Of a DNA stretch of 37,018 bases, positions 11,704-20,593 are shown piece by piece. This DNA comes from Cyanophora paradoxa CCMP329. Taxonomy: Eukaryota; Plantae; Glaucophyta. The position numbers were made by a program, and so were the translations under genes. The stretch is taken from contig QPMI01000585.1 in NCBI GenBank assembly GCA_004431415.1, positions 1 through 37,018 of the forward strand. Reading direction: 5' to 3'. Under the pieces are notes generated by a model that was not told where the DNA came from, did no database searches, and was given only the letters and a program-made list of their open reading frames with translations. The first letter of the stretch is position 1. The number at the start of each line of letters is the position of its first letter.

Positions 11704-11892
11704 TTATGCCTTCCTCAGGCCGTTGAGGAGGTAGGGCCCCACGAAGTAGTAGCCCGCGAACTGCGCGGCGAGGATCCGCACGAGGTAGTAGCGGGCGGGC
11801 GACATGTAGGCGACCGCGCCGAGGGTCAGCAGGCTGCCCAGGTAGCGGGAATCGCTGGTGATATCATCGAGGCTCGGGAGCATGGACGACAT
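11704..11892 (-). CDS. Small membrane protein
   Basis: 62 aa, two hydrophobic segments, ATTTCT motif upstream of the ATG. Confidence 0.65.
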   Translation of the reverse strand: MSSMLPSLDDITSDSRYLGSLLTLGAVAYMSPARYYLVRILAAQFAGYYFVGPYLLNGLRKA

Positions 11893-11914
11893 TGTTAAGG
11901 GCCCATTCAGAAAT

Positions 11915-12285
11915 TTACTTGGGCATGAAGAAATTCCTCACCCGCTCCCCCTCCTCGTGCAGCGCCCACTGCAGCCGGTCGATGACGGCGGCCATCACGG
12001 GCGGGCTCGCGGCGGGGTTTTTCGCGTACGCCCTGGCGTCCTCTGCCATCTGGGGTGGTACTGCTCGACCCGCTTGGCGTAGCTCGCGATGGCGCGGCGG
12101 GTGCACCGATCCAGGTCAGCCGCCATTTCGGCCGGCTCCTTCGGCTGCTGCTGCTTCTTTCGCGCGTAAGTCCTAAGAAGCCAAGGGAACGCTGTGCTGG
12201 TGCTGGTGCTCGTACTGTTGCTGCTGCTGCCGGGGCAGGACGACGGAGCCTCTGCGCTGGGGGCTGTTGTCGCGGGAGTCTCCAT
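11915..12285 (-). CDS. Hypothetical protein, one apparent frameshift near 12055
   Basis: METPATT...AKRVEQYHP joins QMAEDARAYAKNP...RNFFMPK across a G/C run. TTTTTTCT motif upstream. Confidence 0.4.
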
Positions 12286-12565
12286 TTCCCATGTTCTCTA
12301 GAAAAAAACGCGTACCGGTCTGCGTCATCTGGATGTCCACGTGGTGCGGGCCGATCGCCTGCACGCTCTCGCGCCTCTGCTGCTCGGGTGGGGGCTCGGG
12401 CTCGGGCTCGCCGCGACGCACGACCCTCAGGGCCGCCGCCTTCAGGGCGCCCAGCACGGTGTTGGGACGCACGCGCTCCGTGCCGCCCAGGAGCTCGGAA
12501 ACCAGGAAGAGCGCGCCGCAGATTACGGTGATGACGTCCGAGTGGGTGCATGCCCCCTCGAACAT
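12173..12565 (-). CDS. Small protein with N-terminal transmembrane helix
   Basis: VITVICGALFLVSELLGG..RPNTVLG hydrophobic N-terminus. Confidence 0.55.
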   Translation of the reverse strand: MFEGACTHSDVITVICGALFLVSELLGGTERVRPNTVLGALKAAALRVVRRGEPEPEPPPEQQRRESVQAIGPHHVDIQMTQTGTRFFLENMGNGDSRDNSPQRRGSVVLPRQQQQQYEHQHQHSVPLAS

Positions 12566-12586
12566 CTTGCGGGCGCGTCAGAACAA

Positions 12587-14617
12587 TTACCCGCTACCCC
12601 TGCCCCTTCCGCGCCCCTTGCCCTTTCCGCGCCCTCGGCCCCTGGCCCTCAGATCGCCGATTTCCGCGGCCTGCGGCGCAAAGCGGGGGTCGTCCGCCTG
12701 GCCGGCGTCCGCTTGGAAAATCGTGAAGAGGTACCCGTCCGTGTTGTTGTCGGTGTTGTTCGTGTTTCGCGCGTGCGACCACTCTTTCAGTAAATCGCGC
12801 CTCTGCTTGTCGGGCAGCGTCTTCGAGAGGTACTCCTGCAGCTTGCTCGCGTAATTTTCCTCCGGAATCAGCGACGCAAGGACGGTGGGCGGATCTTTCC
12901 CCATGCCTATCTTCTCTTCCGTCAGCATGCGCTCGAGCTCTGCGATTTCCACCATCGTATCGATGCTCGGCTGCGGTCCTGCCTCTGCTCTCTTCTGGTC
13001 TACGAGGCGCTGCCCGGCCGCTGTGAATTTCGCGGACAGAATTTGGTGCAGCCGCTCGTACACCGTCGTGGTGCCCGGCTCCTTCTCCTTGAGCAGCACC
13101 ACCCAGTCGTAATTCGCCCACAGCACCTGCAAATTCGATATGTGATCGATCGTCACCAGCACGTGGGCGTGCAGCGCCCCGTCCGTCGGCCCCACCTCCA
13201 CGCCCCCTTGCACGCGAATTCCGATGATTGCGTTGGCGTACGTGTCGTCCTTGTACTTGCCGTTCTCCTCCTTCAAATTGAAGCGGATGAACTTGTAGAA
13301 TTCTGCGTCCGAGAGCACCTCTGCGAGGCTGTCGCGCAGCGCCGCCGCCTCGAATTCTCGCGCCTCTCCCAGGCGCTTGTGTGTGTTGAAGAGCACCCAG
13401 TAGCGCGACTGGCGCGCCTGTCGTATGTCGTACCGCGTGCTTCCGTCGGGGTTCTTTTTGTTGAGGATGAAGACCGACCGCCCCGTCTCGCTGATTTCCG
13501 TGATCACCTTCTCGAGCGCCTCCAGCCCGTTTGCCTGCGCCGCCTGCAGTCCCGTTTTCGCCTTCTCTATGTTCTGCTTCACCTCTTGCGCGTCCGCGAA
13601 GGTTGCCATTAAATCTTCCATGCTCGGCGCCACGATTTTCGCCTTTCTGATTTTCGACTGTGCGGAGTTGGGCTCGATGACGGACGATCCGAAGTCAGCG
13701 GCCGTATCCTTTGCCTTTTTCGTGGTCTTTGGCTTCGGCCCGCCGAGCACGCTCTCGACCATGTGGTCGCGCGTCTGCTTGGAGACGGTGGCCGTGTCGC
13801 CCCTCTTTCGCCTCTGCAGGCCCAAGATCACGAGCAGGCCCTTGTTGCCGAGCAACGTGACGCACTTCTGGCAGAGCCACGAGTTTCTGGGCGACACCGT
13901 GGGCACCTGCGCCGGCTTCTTGTCCTTGATGAGGGGGTACGGCTCCTGGCCCTTTTTCTTTCCCTTGCCGTTTTGCTTGGCTGCCCACGCGTTTGCCTTC
14001 TCTATGACTGCAATGTACTCTTCGTACACGGCATCCTTCCTCGCCTGCGCTGCCTCCCTCGCGGCGATTTTCTCTGGCGTGTTGGCCCCCTTGGCGCTCG
14101 GCACGGGTGTGGCCTCGTACATGAGGCGAAGGCAGCGGTAGCAGATCGGCGGCGATTTCTGCGCGCTCTGGTACGTGCGCGGTATGGCGCGCAGTCGCTC
14201 CTCGGGGAGTTTATCGTACTCGATTTCGCTGTGGATGCTCCAGAGGGTCGCGGGCTCGTGGTATGATTTATCAAGCAGCGATGGGAGCATCTGAACTTCT
14301 TTGGTGGCCGAGAGCTTGATGTAATCGGATATGCTCTTCTGCTGCTGGAATATGCCATCCTCGCCCTGCACCAGCACGTATCGCTTCGGAATCTCAACGA
14401 CGGGCGTCTCGAGCTCGTCCACGCCGGTATCGGGCGCGTTTCCCTTTGCCTTTCCCTTTCCCTTCCCCTTGCCCTTGCCCTTCGGCTTAGGCTCCGGCTC
14501 CTCTTCCTCTTCCTCCTCTTCTTCCTCTGACTCGGAGGACGGGGACGTGGGCTCCTCTTCCTCTGACTCGCTCGAGCTCTCTGGCTTCTTCTTGCGGCCT
14601 CGGCGCTTCGGAGGCAT
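12587..14617 (-). CDS. HUH-superfamily endonuclease, long paralogue (acidic/basic N-terminus, CxxC..CxxC, C-terminal HUH domain)
   Basis: Motif I-like RYWVLFNTHK; motif II GVEVGPTDGALHAHVLVTIDH; motif III-like LQEYLSKT. CYRC/CQKC pair in the N-terminal half. Confidence 0.75.
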   Translation of the reverse strand: MPPKRRGRKKKPESSSESEEEEPTSPSSESEEEEEEEEEEPEPKPKGKGKGKGKGKAKGNAPDTGVDELETPVVEIPKRYVLVQGEDGIFQQQKSISDYIKLSATKEVQMLPSLLDKSYHEPATLWSIHSEIEYDKLPEERLRAIPRTYQSAQKSPPICYRCLRLMYEATPVPSAKGANTPEKIAAREAAQARKDAVYEEYIAVIEKANAWAAKQNGKGKKKGQEPYPLIKDKKPAQVPTVSPRNSWLCQKCVTLLGNKGLLVILGLQRRKRGDTATVSKQTRDHMVESVLGGPKPKTTKKAKDTAADFGSSVIEPNSAQSKIRKAKIVAPSMEDLMATFADAQEVKQNIEKAKTGLQAAQANGLEALEKVITEISETGRSVFILNKKNPDGSTRYDIRQARQSRYWVLFNTHKRLGEAREFEAAALRDSLAEVLSDAEFYKFIRFNLKEENGKYKDDTYANAIIGIRVQGGVEVGPTDGALHAHVLVTIDHISNLQVLWANYDWVVLLKEKEPGTTTVYERLHQILSAKFTAAGQRLVDQKRAEAGPQPSIDTMVEIAELERMLTEEKIGMGKDPPTVLASLIPEENYASKLQEYLSKTLPDKQRRDLLKEWSHARNTNNTDNNTDGYLFTIFQADAGQADDPRFAPQAAEIGDLRARGRGRGKGKGRGRGRGSG

Positions 14618-14640
14618 ATTTATTGGACACGAGAAAAAAT

Positions 14641-15483
14641 TTACACGAGCTTTACAGCGCCCGTCTCGAGGGCCTCTACCGTCTTCGTAATGTACAGCTG
14701 CAGCAGATCCTTAAGGTTGCTCTGCGGCAGCAATTTTACGTCTACGTGCATCTGCCTGGCGGTTTCTCGCTTCCTGTAGCCCGTCTCCTTGCCCGTCCAC
14801 TGCATGCCGAGGGCGTCCTTTCTCCGTATCGGTCGCACCGCCGTCTTCTGGTACTCCTCCCCGAACCAGTCGTCCTTGTAGAAATTCGGCAGGCCGCCCT
14901 GCCCCTCCGTTTGCATGAACTTGATGAGGAAATCCGACGCCCGCTTGCCGTCGAATTGCACGCGCGAGTAGTGCACCAGCGTGAGCAGGATGTGCGCGTG
15001 GAGCCGCCCCGACCGCGGCCCGTACTCGATGCCGATGTTCGCGTTGCCCTTCTCCACGTGCGTGTCGTACTGGTCGGACTTGAAATCGAAGCCCTTGGGG
15101 TTCGCCTTGTCGGGGTACACCCCCATCTTTATGCACCGCGCCAGCTGCCTGTCGTCGTAGAAGAGGGCCTCCAGCCCCCTGTGAAAGGCGTCCTGCACCT
15201 TGGAGCCTTCTCCCCTGCTCCGCGGCTTGTAGTTGGTCTGGATGGTGATCATGAAATTCGACTCGCGCTGGGGCCGATCCTCTCCGTTCAGTTTCCTCAC
15301 GGGCGCCGCGTCCAGCACCTTCTGGAACCACGTCTTGTCGGGTGCCAGCACCTTGTCGTTGATGTTGCCCACTACGATGTGAGTCTCTACCCGGGAGCGG
15401 CCGGAGGCGTCCATGCGGAGGTGCGGGTTCGGGGCTCGGGCTTGCCTGTTTGCTGCCACGCCCCTCGCGATGAGGTTGAGCAT
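14641..15483 (-). CDS. HUH-superfamily (rolling-circle Rep-like) endonuclease, short paralogue
   Basis: Motif I NFMITIQTN; motif II GIEYGPRSGRLHAHILLTLVH; motif III LQLYITKT. Start placed at ATG 15483 downstream of ATTTTCT. Confidence 0.8.
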   Translation of the reverse strand: MLNLIARGVAANRQARAPNPHLRMDASGRSRVETHIVVGNINDKVLAPDKTWFQKVLDAAPVRKLNGEDRPQRESNFMITIQTNYKPRSRGEGSKVQDAFHRGLEALFYDDRQLARCIKMGVYPDKANPKGFDFKSDQYDTHVEKGNANIGIEYGPRSGRLHAHILLTLVHYSRVQFDGKRASDFLIKFMQTEGQGGLPNFYKDDWFGEEYQKTAVRPIRRKDALGMQWTGKETGYRKRETARQMHVDVKLLPQSNLKDLLQLYITKTVEALETGAVKLV

Positions 15484-15558
15484 GTCAAACCAAGGCCTAG
15501 AAAATTTTCCGAGGCTGGGGTGAGCTTCCACGTGGGGCCCCGGGGTACGTCCGCACCT

Positions 15559-15598
15559 CACCTGAGCACCACCTGAGCCTCACATGAATCACCTGAGC
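15559..15598 (+). promoter_or_regulatory. Three CACCTGAGC copies upstream of VLTF3 (candidate early/regulatory element)
   Basis: CACCTGAGC at 15559, 15570 and 15590; related copies at about 27219, 27622 and 28212-28244. Confidence 0.5.
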
Positions 15599-15714
15599 AA
15601 CGCCTTCTGTCACATCTGCGGGCTCACCTGCGGTTGGGACCCACTCGATTGCGCGAAGCCCGTTTGCCACTTCTGCAAGGGAATAGCCCAGCTGCGGTAC
15701 GAGGACTCGGAGGA

Positions 15715-16545
15715 ATGGCAGACTCTGGCGAAATCGATCTCCTCCTCCGAAACTTCGAGCAGATCCAGCGCTACGGCGCCATCCTTCACGACGAGGGGGA
15801 CCCAGACTTCGACACTCCGGCACCGTACCCCGCCGCCGCCGCCGCCATCGCCAACTCCTACCTCGGGGCCGGAGAGCGCCCCCGCAAGCGCAACCGCCGC
15901 ACCCAAGGCCCCCAAGGCGAAGCCGCTGTCCCCTGCGGAAATTGCGGCTCTACCGCCCTCGTTGGTGTTCACCTGGATGGGGATCTGGTTTGCCAAGGCT
16001 GCGGTCTGGTCCTGGATTTTTATTATCCGGACCATCAACCCCTGGCTGTCAGCGAGCTCCACAGCAACTACCTGCGGAAGTACCACGTATCTGAGCGACT
16101 TAAGCAGCACTGCCTGGAGGATTCTCCGGTACCCGAGGACGTGCTGGCAGCTATTGCGAAGCGCATGGCGGGGAAGGAGTGGAGCAAAGACAATATCCGC
16201 CAAGTTCTCCGGGCTCTGAAGCAGCAGAAGTACATCGAGCGCTGGGCGCAGATCAAGTGGCGCATCACGGGCGAGCGCCCGCCTCCGATGAGCGCGGAGG
16301 ACATGGACCGGGTGCAGGAGATGTTCGCCCTGGTGGAGGTCCCCTTCAGCATCTTCAAGTCGCAGGGCAGGAAGAACATGCTCAACTACAACTACGTCTT
16401 CAGGCAGATTTTCGTGCTGCTAGATTTGCCCCAGCACCTCCCCTTTTTCCCCTTGCTCAAGAGCAGGCAGAAACTCTCGGAGTTAGATTCGATTTGGAAC
16501 AGGATCTGCGAGTACAACGACTGGCATTTCTTTCCTACTCTTTAG
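15715..16545 (+). CDS. VLTF3: Viral late transcription factor 3 (poxvirus A2-like)
   Basis: Zn ribbon CGNCG...LVCQGCGLV; C-terminal RKNMLNYNYVFRQIFVLL...FPLLKSRQKLSELDSIWNRICEYNDWHFFPTL is the NCLDV VLTF3 signature. Confidence 0.92.
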   Translation: MADSGEIDLLLRNFEQIQRYGAILHDEGDPDFDTPAPYPAAAAAIANSYLGAGERPRKRNRRTQGPQGEAAVPCGNCGSTALVGVHLDGDLVCQGCGLVLDFYYPDHQPLAVSELHSNYLRKYHVSERLKQHCLEDSPVPEDVLAAIAKRMAGKEWSKDNIRQVLRALKQQKYIERWAQIKWRITGERPPPMSAEDMDRVQEMFALVEVPFSIFKSQGRKNMLNYNYVFRQIFVLLDLPQHLPFFPLLKSRQKLSELDSIWNRICEYNDWHFFPTL

Positions 16546-16879
16546 TGATCGCGGCGGCCTTCCGCTCGAGCGCCTGCTTGATTCCGAAGCTAGCGCTGGT
16601 AGCCTTGATTAGCATGTTCGTCTGCCCGTGTGTAAATCCGAGGATGAACATAATTCCGCCCGTGGGGTCGTCGTCGAAAAACTTGAGGGTGAGCACGTAT
16701 TTCGAGAGCAGGCCGAGGGAGAGGCCGTTGACGGCGACCTGCGCGGCGAGCTCGGCCGCGTGGCCCGTCCTGTTTTCGCCTTCGTGCGAGGAGAAGGCGG
16801 CGTCGATGAGGGAGCCGGATGCCAGGCCGAGGGCGTACTGCACGATAGCCTGGGAGAGCCCTAGGAGCACCTTTGACAT
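16535..16879 (-). CDS. Membrane protein
   Basis: 114 aa with about 3 hydrophobic helices, aaaATG start. Confidence 0.7.
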   Translation of the reverse strand: MSKVLLGLSQAIVQYALGLASGSLIDAAFSSHEGENRTGHAAELAAQVAVNGLSLGLLSKYVLTLKFFDDDPTGGIMFILGFTHGQTNMLIKATSASFGIKQALERKAAAITKE

Positions 16880-16914
16880 TTTCCTGGGGCCTCGGAAATT
16901 TTTAAGGGGCGCGC

Positions 16915-17265
16915 CTAGGCGTCGGAGTCCTCGTCCTCTTCCTCCTCTTCCTCCTCCTCCGAGCCCGATTCCGAGGTCGCAAAATCGTCCGGGTCGCGCA
17001 CGTAAATAACCCTGTCTCCCTCCTCGTCCGTCATCTCCTCCGAGCTGGTGTCCTCGCTTCCCAGCGACTCGGCCGCGGCCTCGTCCGCCGCCTCCGCGGT
17101 CAGGCGCTCCCAGTTAATTCCCAGCGCGTCGCAGATCCTCTCCAGGGCGCTGCTGACCTCGCCGTCGTTGAAGGGCGAGGAGGGGTCGAGGCTGGCCTCC
17201 AGGAGGCAGTCGTAGGCGATGGACTCGACGCGGAAGACGGAGGCGATGTGGGCGCTGGGCGACAT
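16915..17265 (-). CDS. Acidic hypothetical protein
   Basis: 116 aa, D/E-rich tail, ATTTTTTCT upstream. Confidence 0.65.
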   Translation of the reverse strand: MSPSAHIASVFRVESIAYDCLLEASLDPSSPFNDGEVSSALERICDALGINWERLTAEAADEAAAESLGSEDTSSEEMTDEEGDRVIYVRDPDDFATSESGSEEEEEEEEDEDSDA

Positions 17266-17291
17266 GGTTACGCACGTAGCCTCAGAAAAAA

Positions 17292-18362
17292 TCAGGCGAG
17301 GCCGCGGTGCTTCCTGAAATTATCTATCATGCCCAGGAGCGTCTTGTCCACCGTGCCGTCGTCCGGACCCACGAGATTTTCTCCGTTGACGGTTTCGCCC
17401 TCCCAGTACTCCTTGGATCCGATGCGGAAGGGGGGCGGCTCCTCGGCCTTGTAGACGTAAAGGACGTCCAGAGGGTTCGTAGAGTTGTTGGAAGAATCGA
17501 TGATAAGGCAGTGGTTATCCTGGGTGTACTTGTCGAGCAGGTAGTAGAAGGCGCGCTGGGAGATGATGTCGCCCCACTCCTTTGCGAGGGCCTTGCGCTG
17601 CATCGCCTGCGAGCACTTGAAAATGACAGCCAGATCAGTATTGGAGCGCAGGACGGGATTGATGCCCTTGGCATACTGCGTCGTGATAAGGGTCATGATT
17701 TTGTAGTGGCGCCCCGCCACGAAGAGCTCGTTGAGGGCCTCGTCGTACCGCAGCCGAGCGTCGGAAATCACGTCGTCGAGCAGCACGAAAAATCGCGGGT
17801 CGACGGGATCCTCCTTTCCCGCGAGCACGTCTTCGGACTTGTTGTGCTGCATGATCGCCTGCTGCCTCCTGAATAAATGGAAGAGCACCCCCGGGTTGTA
17901 CTTGGGCCAGATGAAGCGCTGCGGGATGTACTGCTTCCAGTACCCGTTCAGGCGATCGGTCTGGCTGATTACGATACCCCCCGGGAAGGTGCCGGAGAGG
18001 TTGAACATGAGATCGCGAAGGAAAAAGGACTTGCCCGTGCGCCGCTTGCCCACGCAGACGACGGTGGCGTCGGGCTTGACGGTGTTCACGTCGAACCACT
18101 TAAGTTCCGGCAGGCAGGCCATGCGCTCGATGCCGCCCGTCTTCGAGTTGTCGAGGAAGGCGTTGACCTGCTCGGGCGTGAGCTGCATGCCGTCCTCTGT
18201 CATGCCCATGGCGCAGCTGGCGCCGGCGGCGGGGGCGGTGCCCGAGCCCGAGCCCGAGGCCTGGCCGGCGGGGGCGGGTGCCGCGGGGGCCGCGCCTGCG
18301 GGCTGGGCGGGCTGGGGCTTGGCCGCCTTCGGCTTCTTCGGCTTCTTGGGGTCCTTGGCCAT
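17292..18362 (-). CDS. A32: A32-like genome packaging ATPase (FtsK-HerA superfamily)
   Basis: Walker A VCVGKRRTGKS, Walker B FFVLLDDV, AGRHYKI (Arg motif), TTQY, LRSNTD. Start MAKDPKK at 18362. Confidence 0.93.
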   Translation of the reverse strand: MAKDPKKPKKPKAAKPQPAQPAGAAPAAPAPAGQASGSGSGTAPAAGASCAMGMTEDGMQLTPEQVNAFLDNSKTGGIERMACLPELKWFDVNTVKPDATVVCVGKRRTGKSFFLRDLMFNLSGTFPGGIVISQTDRLNGYWKQYIPQRFIWPKYNPGVLFHLFRRQQAIMQHNKSEDVLAGKEDPVDPRFFVLLDDVISDARLRYDEALNELFVAGRHYKIMTLITTQYAKGINPVLRSNTDLAVIFKCSQAMQRKALAKEWGDIISQRAFYYLLDKYTQDNHCLIIDSSNNSTNPLDVLYVYKAEEPPPFRIGSKEYWEGETVNGENLVGPDDGTVDKTLLGMIDNFRKHRGLA

Positions 18363-18399
18363 TTTACCCCCTTCATTCAGATTTTCTTGCGACCCTGGA

Positions 18400-18876
18400 A
18401 TGAAGATCCTCGGCGTGGATGTGGGGGTCATCAATTTCGCCTGGTGCCTCATCGAATTCGATCCGCAGACAAAGGAATCCCAGATTCTCGACTGGCAGAA
18501 GATCGCCCTCTTCCCGTCTGCGCGCTGCTGTGGCCGCCTTGTGGCGCGCCTGGTGGAGGTTACTCGCGGCCATAGCGCCTTCGGCCTTCCCGACCAGATC
18601 GCGATCGAGGGCCAGAGGACGGGAATCAATCGCTGCATCGAGTGCACGCTCCACGCCCTCCTGTACGGGCGTGCGCGCATCGTGAGCCCGCGCGCCATCA
18701 AGCACTTCTTCAAGATCTCGAACCCGAGCTACAAGGAGCGCAAGCGCGGCGCCGTGGACAAGTGCCGCGACCTCGTACCCGCCCAGCTCTCGGAAATCGC
18801 GGATCGAAACGGCAAGCTAGACGACCTCTGCGACGCCTACTTAATCGCCCTCTACGCCGCCCTCAATCCGTTGTGA
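18400..18876 (+). CDS. RuvC-like Holliday junction resolvase (poxvirus A22 family)
   Basis: MKILGVDVGVINFAWC, IAIEGQ, RKRGAV, KLDDLCDAYLIA: RNase H-fold catalytic D, E, D, D pattern. Confidence 0.88.
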   Translation: MKILGVDVGVINFAWCLIEFDPQTKESQILDWQKIALFPSARCCGRLVARLVEVTRGHSAFGLPDQIAIEGQRTGINRCIECTLHALLYGRARIVSPRAIKHFFKISNPSYKERKRGAVDKCRDLVPAQLSEIADRNGKLDDLCDAYLIALYAALNPL

Positions 18877-18908
18877 TCCCATTGTGATTTCTAGGCCCCG
18901 CCCGCCAG

Positions 18909-19070
18909 ATGGGATCCTCGTGCCGCAAGCCCAGGCCCCTCTGCTGCGAAATCTGCCGCCTGCCCCAGACCAAGCGCGGCTGGGTGCTCAAGGCGGGCGT
19001 GTACGTCTGCTGCGCCCGGTGCGCCGTCCGCTACTACGCACTTTTTTCTGAAGGCTGTCTACACCCGTAG
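18909..19070 (+). CDS. 53-aa Cys-rich zinc-finger-like protein (below the ORF-track cutoff)
   Basis: MGSSCRKPRPLCCEICRLPQTKRGWVLKAGVYVCCARCAVRYYALFSEGCLHP; CxxC...CxxC; preceded by ATTTCT. Confidence 0.6.
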   Translation: MGSSCRKPRPLCCEICRLPQTKRGWVLKAGVYVCCARCAVRYYALFSEGCLHP

Positions 19071-19079
19071 CTAGATCCC

Positions 19080-19475
19080 ATGGAGCACGCCCACTACTGC
19101 TTCAAGTGCCGCTCCAACACCAAGCTCGCCAACGTCGAGGTGCGTACCAGCAAGAACAACCGCCAGGTGGCCGTCGGCTCCTGCACGCAATGCAGCGGCC
19201 GCGTCTCGCGCTTCATGCGCCGGGTCCTCGAGGAGGGGGCCCGGGAGACCAGCCCGCCGCCGCAGCGCCCGCAGGTGACCGACGCCGCTGGCCCGGCCGC
19301 CGGCTCGAGCCAGGCACCGGCAGCCCCTACGGCCCCGAAGCCCCCCGCGGCGCCCCGGCAGAAGGCCAAGGCGGCCCCCGCGGAGGGCGACCCGAGCCCG
19401 CTCGAGGCCCAGCCCAAGCGCCAGCGCGCGCCGAGGAAGGCGGCGAGCGAGCCCGCGATTGCAATTCAGATGTGA
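19080..19475 (+). CDS. DUF5679-like zinc-ribbon protein with Pro/Ala/Lys-rich tail
   Basis: HYCFKCR...TSKNNRQVAVGSCTQCSGRVSRFM fits YC.KCr....tkNgr....G.C..Cg.k..rf. Confidence 0.75.
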   Translation: MEHAHYCFKCRSNTKLANVEVRTSKNNRQVAVGSCTQCSGRVSRFMRRVLEEGARETSPPPQRPQVTDAAGPAAGSSQAPAAPTAPKPPAAPRQKAKAAPAEGDPSPLEAQPKRQRAPRKAASEPAIAIQM

Positions 19476-19720
19476 TCCGGCGGCGCAACTGCCCAGTTCA
19501 CTGCTTCGTCTGCGACTACCCCCCCACCTGCTTCCCGGGCCACCTGCAGTTCGGCCACGAGATCTCGGTGGCGCGCGTGGGCGGGCGGGCCCGCCTCGTC
19601 TGCAGGCGCTGCGCGCGCGGGCTCTTCGCGGATTTTCGCAGGATCCGCGACAGGGAGCTCACGGGCAGTATTTCTAAGTCCCTCCCCAAATTGAGAAATG
19701 GCCTCCCTGCTGTTCGATAG
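19472..19720 (+). CDS. Cys-rich putative zinc-binding protein (start uncertain)
   Basis: HCFVCDYPP...LVCRRCARG fills the gap between neighbouring genes. Only a GTG start is available locally. Confidence 0.4.
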   Translation: MIRRRNCPVHCFVCDYPPTCFPGHLQFGHEISVARVGGRARLVCRRCARGLFADFRRIRDRELTGSISKSLPKLRNGLPAVR

Positions 19721-19961
19721 GGACATGTACCAAATGCAGAACCGATTCGACGGCATCTACCCCGAGCGCATGCCGCAGGAGCAGTTCCCGCGCCCGCACT
19801 GGGCGGACCACCGCACGCACGGCCTGCGCAGGCCCGGGGCGGGGCAGCTGATGGTGACGCCCGGGGGCGCGCCGGCGGAGCGCGACTGGTCGCCCCTCTG
19901 GATTATAGCGGGGATCCTGGTGGGGTACCTCCTCTTCCGACCCAGTGTTATTTCTCAGTGA
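19698..19961 (+). CDS. Small protein with C-terminal transmembrane helix
   Basis: WSPLWIIAGILVGYLLFRP; ATTTCT upstream. Confidence 0.7.
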   Translation: MASLLFDRDMYQMQNRFDGIYPERMPQEQFPRPHWADHRTHGLRRPGAGQLMVTPGGAPAERDWSPLWIIAGILVGYLLFRPSVISQ

Positions 19962-19973
19962 CCCCGTACCCCG

Positions 19974-20312
19974 ATGTCTCGATCTATCCCTTATTGGGCC
20001 CCAATCGATACGCAAATTGAGATGCTGCGCGCTCGCATGCAGAAGCTTACGCTCGAAGAGGATCCCACGGATGTACCCGAGATCAAGGCGGGGTTGGCCA
20101 CGCTGCCGACGGATATCGTCGAGAACATTCGCGATTGGGTGTACAGACTGCAGGACGAGGTCCGTGCACGGCTCTGGCAAATCGTGATGGGGCAGAGGGC
20201 CGCGGCCTACCGTAGCTTCGACGACCAGAGGGACGCGGCCATGCGCAGGTGGGAGAGGCAGTTCCCCGAGACGTACGGGGGCGCCAACCCATATTTTTCT
20301 GGTGATGGGTAA
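19974..20312 (+). CDS. Hypothetical protein
   Basis: 112-aa helical ORF; ATTTCT upstream. Confidence 0.7.
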   Translation: MSRSIPYWAPIDTQIEMLRARMQKLTLEEDPTDVPEIKAGLATLPTDIVENIRDWVYRLQDEVRARLWQIVMGQRAAAYRSFDDQRDAAMRRWERQFPETYGGANPYFSGDG

Positions 20313-20314
20313 AC

Positions 20315-20593
20315 ATGCCGGAGGCGCAGAAGAAGCCCGCGAAAAAGGCGCCCACGAACGGGCAGGAGCGGCCCACCAAGGCCGAGGTGAAGGAGGCGAA
20401 GGAGAAGCTGAAGGGGCCGCCCGAATTTCCTAAGGGACCGAAGCCGCTGTACGAGGACGTCTCGCCCGGCGAAATATTCGTGGCGATGCGCCCGACGAAG
20501 CAGGGGAAGAAGGGGGCCGAGAAGAAGGACGGGAAGGAAGACAAGGCCAAGACCGATAAAATTTCAAAGCCGGCTCCTAAGAAGTGCAAATGA
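20315..20593 (+). CDS. Lys-rich basic protein (possible DNA-binding/core protein)
   Basis: 92 aa, very K-rich; ATTTTTCT upstream. Confidence 0.65.
   Translation: MPEAQKKPAKKAPTNGQERPTKAEVKEAKEKLKGPPEFPKGPKPLYEDVSPGEIFVAMRPTKQGKKGAEKKDGKEDKAKTDKISKPAPKKCK

Noticed and set aside
12587-15483. Helitron or IS200/IS91 transposon as the source of the HUH genes
   Set aside because: No fused PIF1 helicase and no transposon ends. The genes carry the same upstream motif as neighbouring viral genes.
18363-18713. N-terminal extension of the ATPase given by the ORF track (and extensions of the resolvase, VLTF3 and short HUH ORFs)
   Set aside because: They overlap the divergent neighbouring gene. Internal ATGs with good context give more coherent starts.
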